From positions 1-64,000 of the forward strand of contig JBFWNL010000010.1 in the NCBI GenBank assembly GCA_050251055.1: a stretch of 64,000 nt of DNA, in the 5' to 3' direction. A program made the translations under genes and the position numbers. Below, in pieces: positions 58,657 to 64,000 of this stretch (within the stretch, counting starts at the first letter, position 1; each line of letters begins with the position of its first letter). The DNA comes from Bacteriovoracia bacterium. Its GTDB lineage: Bacteria > Bdellovibrionota > UBA1018 > JBFWNL01. The notes below the pieces were generated by a model that was given only the letters and a program-made list of their open reading frames with translations, was not told where the DNA came from and did not search any database.

Positions 58657-59569
58657 GTTTACGCTGGGTCGTTTGCTCGCTTCCGCGCTCACGCTGGCTT
58701 TCTTGATTCCGCTCACCTTCTTTCTCCTGCGCTTCGCTCCCGGCGGGCCCTTCGATGGTGAACGCGCCTGGCCGGTGGAGATTCAGCGTAATATCGAGCA
58801 GAAGTATGGCCTGCACGAACCGCTTTGGCGCCAGTTCACGAGCTGGGCTTACGATGTGCTGCGTGGCGATCTACACGAGTCGTTTCAATACCTAGGCAAG
58901 CCCGTCCGGGAGATTATTGCCGAAACGCTGCCGAATTCGATCCATTTGGGCCTATGGGCGCTCCTGGGTGCGGTCGTAATCGGCATCGGCTTGGGCTCGC
59001 TGGCCGCGGCATATCGGGGAAGCTGGCTGGACTGGTCCTCGAGTTTCCTAGCCATGGCGGGCATTAGCCTCCCGAGCTATCTCGTCGCCAGCCTCCTGAT
59101 TCTCTGTTTTTCGTTTTGGCTCGACTGGCTCCCGCCCGCGCTGATGGAGGATCCGGGGTCTTTGGTCTTGCCGGCCGTGACCTTAGGGCTACGCCCGATG
59201 GCGATCATCGCGCGCCTAACGCGTGCGTCGCTGCTCGATACGCTCGCATCCGACTATATCCGCACGGCCTATGCCAAGGGATTGAGCCGCTCCATGGTCG
59301 TCTTCAAGCACGCCCTTCGGAATTCGCTCATTCCCGTCGTGACCTTGCTCGGCCCCTTGACCGCGAACTTGATCACCGGATCGTTCGTGGTGGAAATCGT
59401 ATTTCAAATTCCCGGCATCGGTAAGTACTTCGTGACCGCCGTGCTGAATCGCGACTATCCGCTGGTGATGGGAGTGACCCTCATCTACGGGATGATCTTG
59501 ATCGGAAGCAACTTTCTGGTCGATCTGAGCTACGGCTGGATCGACCCCCGAATGCGGAGCGAACGCTGA
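58649..59569 (+). CDS. oppB: Oligopeptide ABC permease
   Basis: APGGPFD, DYIRTAYAKGL, KHALRNSLIP, NRDYPLVMG, IDPR. Confidence 0.93.
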   Translation: MLKFTLGRLLASALTLAFLIPLTFFLLRFAPGGPFDGERAWPVEIQRNIEQKYGLHEPLWRQFTSWAYDVLRGDLHESFQYLGKPVREIIAETLPNSIHLGLWALLGAVVIGIGLGSLAAAYRGSWLDWSSSFLAMAGISLPSYLVASLLILCFSFWLDWLPPALMEDPGSLVLPAVTLGLRPMAIIARLTRASLLDTLASDYIRTAYAKGLSRSMVVFKHALRNSLIPVVTLLGPLTANLITGSFVVEIVFQIPGIGKYFVTAVLNRDYPLVMGVTLIYGMILIGSNFLVDLSYGWIDPRMRSER

Positions 59570-59570
59570 T

Positions 59571-60419
59571 ATGTTCTGGACGCGAACTTGGCAACGTATC
59601 CGCCGCAACCGGACCGCGCTGCTTTCGTTGAGCTTCTTGGCGGCGATTTCCCTCGCCGCGCTCCTCGCTCCCGTCATCGCTCCCTACTCCTTCGATACCC
59701 AGATCATCGAAGACCGCTTGCAGCCGCCGTCGATTGCGCACTGGATGGGAACCGACACGCTGGGGCGCGATCTCTATAGCCGCATCCTTTACGGGGCGCG
59801 GATGTCGCTCGCGGTAGGTGTAATTACGGCGCTTTTCGCGCTGATCCTGGGCACGGTCACCGGCGCGCTTGCCGGATATTTTGGCGGATGGCTCGACCAG
59901 TTGCTGATGCGGATCGTGGATATCTTCTATGTCTTTCCGAGCCTGCTCATGGCGATCCTGCTGATGCTGGTGGTCGGTCGGGGTTTTATGGGGATCTTTT
60001 TGGCTATCGGGCTCGCGACCTGGGTAACCCAGGCCCGACTCGTGCGGGCCCTCGTCGCGCAAGCAAAGGGGTTTCCCTACGTAGAAGCCGCGCGCAGCGT
60101 GGGCGTTCCCCACCTCTGGATTATCGTGCGCCACATCTTGCCCAATCTGCTCGGGCCGGTCATCGTCTCGCTCACGTTCCAGATTCCCAACAACATTATG
60201 GCCGAGAGTTTCCTATCTTTCATCGGCGTCGGTTTGCAGCCGCCGTTTTCGAGCTGGGGAACCCTGGCAAACGAAGGGTTCCGGGCGATGCGCAGTTATC
60301 CCTACTTGATCGTTTTCCCGGGTGGGATCCTGTTCATCACGATGATGGCGTTCAACTATCTGGGTGACGCGCTTCGTGACATCCTGGATCCCACCTCCGA
60401 TGCGGGAAAATCGTTCTAA
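59571..60419 (+). CDS. oppC: Oligopeptide ABC permease
   Basis: HWMGTDTLGRDL.SR, YVEAARSVG, RHILPN, GDALRDILDP. Confidence 0.93.
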   Translation: MFWTRTWQRIRRNRTALLSLSFLAAISLAALLAPVIAPYSFDTQIIEDRLQPPSIAHWMGTDTLGRDLYSRILYGARMSLAVGVITALFALILGTVTGALAGYFGGWLDQLLMRIVDIFYVFPSLLMAILLMLVVGRGFMGIFLAIGLATWVTQARLVRALVAQAKGFPYVEAARSVGVPHLWIIVRHILPNLLGPVIVSLTFQIPNNIMAESFLSFIGVGLQPPFSSWGTLANEGFRAMRSYPYLIVFPGGILFITMMAFNYLGDALRDILDPTSDAGKSF

Positions 60420-60421
60420 CC

Positions 60422-62101
60422 TCAATTCTGGTCAATGAACTGAATCCAGACCTCGCGTGCGTCAGTCCTCACCAACACAGCGCGCCCTCTAAGCGTGGTC
60501 GCCCCGGAAGTAACGACGGTTCCGGACCCACCCGGGACCCGTAGGCCCGTACCACGCGTGGTCCCTTTTTGCAGATCGCGCACCACCACTTCTCCGCCGA
60601 TCAATCGCGCGAAGATGGCGTCGTCTCGGTCAGGAAAGAAACCGACCGTGTCGACCGCCTGCGCAAAAGTCACCAGCCGGTCATCCTGTTTGTCCAACCC
60701 GGCGATCAACGCGGTCTTTTCCATATTCCGGGTACCTTCCAGCAGAATCTTACCACCCGCGAAACTCTCGTCTCGGTAGTAGTAGTTTTCAAAACTGCGT
60801 ACATCCAATCCCGTATTGGTGTCGCGAAACCGGGTCACAAAACGATCGGTTTTTTCCTCCCAAGCGAAGTAAGCGGCGTGCACGCTGTCCCCGAACCAGC
60901 TGAATCCAAAAAGCGACTCCCCATTATACATTCGCACGAAATCCAGAACCCGGTGATCGCCGGTAGACAGGATCGGCACCACGTCGTTCGTTAAATCCTG
61001 GCGAGCGTATCGCTTCAAGTCCCGGCTCACCCACTGAATATCGAAAGGATCACGGCCCGAATCAGGAATATGCAGGGAATACGGGGTTTCATGCCCAGAT
61101 TTCAGATCCACCACGGTGAACGAGACGCGGTTTCCGAGCCAAATCGAGCGCTGATCAGGCGACGGGCGAGCGGTATAATAATCTCCCGCCACCTGGAAAG
61201 TCTGCACTTGATTCGTACGCTGGTTTCGCACGACGTACTTGCGTTCGGCGAAGCGAACCAGAACTCGATCGCCGTCTAGTAGCTGATACTGCGGCCATGA
61301 CGGTTCCCACGGCCCCTCCGACTTCCCGGCGACTTCGACGAGGCGATCCCCGGATTCGAGATTGACCGTGACTAACTCCCCTTCCGGGCCCTTGGCCGTG
61401 AGGATCCGTCCGTCCGAGGTAAGCTTGAAGCCCGTCCAACCCACGTCCTTGAAGACGTACTGGGATTTCTTCGACACCGGCCGTTTCTGATACAGCAGCA
61501 CGCCGATCTGATCCAAAAAGTCATGCTCGGTTTCCGTGAGGGCTCCCGCGGCGAAGTGCCCTGCTTCGTGCACCGCGAGCGCGAAGGCTTTGGCTTCGGT
61601 GAACCCGTCTACACCGGTTAAATAAGGAACGCTCAAACGAACGTACCGAGGATCCGCGGCCGGTACGCTCTCGGCACCCACGGTGATACCGGCCTCCTTC
61701 AGTGAAGCCTCCGTTACCTTGATTGCGTCTGGGTTTTGGGAAAACTCTTTAAGGGCCGCTTGCCACCGCGTTCGGTGTTTCGCATAGAAGGCACTCAGCG
61801 CCTTAAGATTCTCCGTTTCGGCGGGGAGCTCGTCCACCGACTCCATGACCTGGCGGGCGGCGATCGCGCCCTGCTTGAAGGTAAAAACCACGGTGCCGCC
61901 GCCGCCCCGGGTGCCAATCGATCCCGACGAGGTGTCGTTCGAAGCATAGTCGCCGCCCGAACCCGTCGGCATCGGTTCGCTCGCCGCCTGATCCCGGTCT
62001 TTCACCCCGGCGCTTCCGCCATTCTTTCCCTGGCAAGCCAGCAAGGTCAGCGCGAAAAAACCGGTTAAAACGTAGCCGGTAACGACCGAAAATTTCTTCA
62101 T
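60422..62101 (-). CDS. Lipoprotein with HExxH motif and C-terminal beta-propeller
   Basis: Lipobox LLAC, GTRGGGG, LAVHEAGH, repeated beta blades. Confidence 0.6.
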   Translation of the reverse strand: MKKFSVVTGYVLTGFFALTLLACQGKNGGSAGVKDRDQAASEPMPTGSGGDYASNDTSSGSIGTRGGGGTVVFTFKQGAIAARQVMESVDELPAETENLKALSAFYAKHRTRWQAALKEFSQNPDAIKVTEASLKEAGITVGAESVPAADPRYVRLSVPYLTGVDGFTEAKAFALAVHEAGHFAAGALTETEHDFLDQIGVLLYQKRPVSKKSQYVFKDVGWTGFKLTSDGRILTAKGPEGELVTVNLESGDRLVEVAGKSEGPWEPSWPQYQLLDGDRVLVRFAERKYVVRNQRTNQVQTFQVAGDYYTARPSPDQRSIWLGNRVSFTVVDLKSGHETPYSLHIPDSGRDPFDIQWVSRDLKRYARQDLTNDVVPILSTGDHRVLDFVRMYNGESLFGFSWFGDSVHAAYFAWEEKTDRFVTRFRDTNTGLDVRSFENYYYRDESFAGGKILLEGTRNMEKTALIAGLDKQDDRLVTFAQAVDTVGFFPDRDDAIFARLIGGEVVVRDLQKGTTRGTGLRVPGGSGTVVTSGATTLRGRAVLVRTDAREVWIQFIDQN

Positions 62102-62103
62102 AA

Positions 62104-62913
62104 TTACTTGTCTCCTTTGGAAATACGAAAAAGTTGAAAGCCAAAATGGTACACGTGTCTTTTTTTAATGCCGGCGGACGCGAGGGCCGCGACTTTGGTC
62201 ACGCACTCTTCAATCAAGATGCCGGCTTCTCTCAAGCTGGCTTCATCCATCACGAAAGTCTCCGAACCTATGTACTTTTCCTGGCTCGTCTGGCCGTCGA
62301 GGCTCGAGATCGCGCGTTCCAGCATTTGTCGATGAAAGTGGCGCAACCCTTGATGGGCCGCCTGGGTTTTGAAAATCGGATTGAAATGAACCCGCCGGTA
62401 CTTCCCGCCCGCGTCGCGCTCAATCAGCTCTAAACGTATTAGACGCGAGATCGCCGCGTCGGCTTCGGCATTAGAAATCCCCAGGCGCTTGGCCACGTCG
62501 CGTGCCTGAAAATCAAAGTCCGGCAATTCGGTCATCGCCAAAATGGGAATGTGATACCAATCCGCGATCGCCCGGAAAGTATCGACGCTCAAATCCTGCG
62601 TTTCACGGTGCGGGTTCAGCGTGCTGAGGCGGCTCGCCACTACGGCTCTCGCCTCTGGGTTTTTGGCTTTTTCCTGCTGCACGAGCAGGCAGAAATATTC
62701 CGTCTCGGAGGGATTGAGCCCTAGCTTACGGGCCACCCGCGCCGCCGTAGATTGGGAGAAATTCTTATTTCCGTTTGCCACGTCCGAAAGGAGTGACGGC
62801 GCCACGCCCAGCCAACGGGCAAATGCCCGCAGCGAGTAGGCCGGATTCTCCATGATTCGCTCCGCGAGCACCGTCTTCAGATAGTCGCGGTAGTTTGAAT
62901 GATTCAGCACCAT
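62104..62913 (-). CDS. TIGR02147-like HTH protein (DUF4423-type C-terminus)
   Basis: YRDYLK, NPAYSLRAFARWLGV, IADWYHIPIL, RHFHRQML, VYHFGFQLF. Confidence 0.85.
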   Translation of the reverse strand: MVLNHSNYRDYLKTVLAERIMENPAYSLRAFARWLGVAPSLLSDVANGNKNFSQSTAARVARKLGLNPSETEYFCLLVQQEKAKNPEARAVVASRLSTLNPHRETQDLSVDTFRAIADWYHIPILAMTELPDFDFQARDVAKRLGISNAEADAAISRLIRLELIERDAGGKYRRVHFNPIFKTQAAHQGLRHFHRQMLERAISSLDGQTSQEKYIGSETFVMDEASLREAGILIEECVTKVAALASAGIKKRHVYHFGFQLFRISKGDK

Positions 62914-63160
62914 AGACAGACAAATAGACGAGGAGGGGGGAGGATTCAATTAATCAGTGAACAATCTATTCACATCTGGTGAACACACAAAACTCCATGT
63001 ATGTATTTTTTTATAATAAATTCAAATATTTATATCAGAAAAACAAATCTCTCCATTGTTATGGCTGACTGCATCTGAAAATAAACACAAATTTGACCAA
63101 TTAAGTCTATTAAAGTATGGTGCATCAAAGCCTGAGGGGCATTTCAGGCTGGAGGTGCAG

Positions 63161-63781
63161 ATGATGAAGTCGAATAGGGTGAAAACCCTGATTTTAGCCA
63201 TGCTTTGCGTGGCGCTCGCGCTCCCCGCGTTCGCGGCGGAAGAACCCGAATATCGCTACACGGCCGAAGTCACGCTCATGGGAATCGGACCGGACTACAA
63301 CCTGGGCCAGGACCTCTTCGTGGAAGTCATCGCCCGCGGCACCGACGTGGACGCGCGCCACGCCGAGCGCGTGAAGATGTTCGCCGAAGGCGGCGTGGGT
63401 CTCAACAACGGCAAGATCCGCGATCTCGTGAAGGAAAAAGATTTCCAGTCGAAGGCTCTACCCAAACCCGCCGTGGAGCAGATGATCTCGGGCGGCAAGC
63501 TGAAGATCACCTTGGATCTTAAAAACAAGATGCCGGCTTACGAGAACAAAAAGTACGAAGCGATCGGACCGGTGGAAATGGAGATCGATCTCGCGGATTT
63601 CGACAAAGACGCATCCCAAACCGTGCAGTATGATTCGGAGCCCATCAAGAAACTTACTCCGGAAGAAGAAAAAGAACACATGCGCCGCTATCGACGGCTC
63701 ATCCAGCCACAACTGCTGGGTTATCACGTGGCTTTGCGGGTTAACCGGCAGGCGGCCGTAGCCCCTGCCCCGACGAAATAA
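63161..63781 (+). CDS. Hypothetical exported protein
   Basis: GGAGG RBS; signal peptide ending AFA. Confidence 0.6.
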   Translation: MMKSNRVKTLILAMLCVALALPAFAAEEPEYRYTAEVTLMGIGPDYNLGQDLFVEVIARGTDVDARHAERVKMFAEGGVGLNNGKIRDLVKEKDFQSKALPKPAVEQMISGGKLKITLDLKNKMPAYENKKYEAIGPVEMEIDLADFDKDASQTVQYDSEPIKKLTPEEEKEHMRRYRRLIQPQLLGYHVALRVNRQAAVAPAPTK

Positions 63782-63784
63782 ATA

Positions 63785-64000
63785 TCAGTCCGTAAGTCGG
63801 GAAACCTTGATGGAAGCGACGGTCGTCGTTTCGGCAGTCGCGCGTTGGGCCACGAGCTCCAACTTAAACTCCGAATCGGACACCGGCACGCACTTACCGC
63901 CGACCACGATCACATCCCCGGGGAACGACATGGCCTTGAACCGAAACTGGGTCGCGGCGATTCTCCAGTCGGGATAGCCGTCTAAAAACCGCTGCGCCCG
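63785..64000 (-). CDS. MaoC-like hotdog dehydratase, C-terminal part (truncated by the window edge)
   Basis: Hand translation of the minus strand: ...QFRFKAMSFPGDVIVVGG...SRLTD*. Confidence 0.55.
   Translation of the reverse strand, partial: RAQRFLDGYPDWRIAATQFRFKAMSFPGDVIVVGGKCVPVSDSEFKLELVAQRATAETTTVASIKVSRLTD

Noticed and set aside
63129-63150. AGCCTGA/TCAGGCT hairpin before the 63161 RBS
   Set aside because: A single 7-bp stem with no U-tract that does not sequester the Shine-Dalgarno; insufficient evidence for a regulatory RNA

Overview
GC-rich bacterial chromosomal segment. Gene content (TIGR02147-like regulator, mevalonate operon, orphan FliG-C, many exported hypothetical proteins) suggests Bdellovibrionota/Oligoflexia; this is inference. 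Housekeeping blocks: rpsU-yqeY-mpg-dnaG, rpoD, tRNA(CAT), a five-gene mevalonate operon, lptC(A)-lptB-rpoN, a GldAFG-like ABC system, tdk-upp-hpt salvage and oppBC. Accessory blocks: terC/nhaR-like/htpX, a CzcA-type efflux locus lacking an MFP, and arsR-arsC-aquaporin. The standout is a four-gene operon (21852-29785) on the opposite strand between dnaG and rpoD. It encodes two paralogous Clp/Hsp100-type double-AAA+ proteins (one with intact catalytic motifs, one degenerate in both rings and fused to an FGE-sulfatase-like domain), a VWA/MIDAS protein and a trypsin-like protease. Three have clear signal-peptide-like N-termini and the fourth a weak one, so this looks like an exported AAA+/VWA/protease system. 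All calls come from motif reading by eye; no database searches were run. No CRISPR array, rRNA, integrase or transposase was seen.
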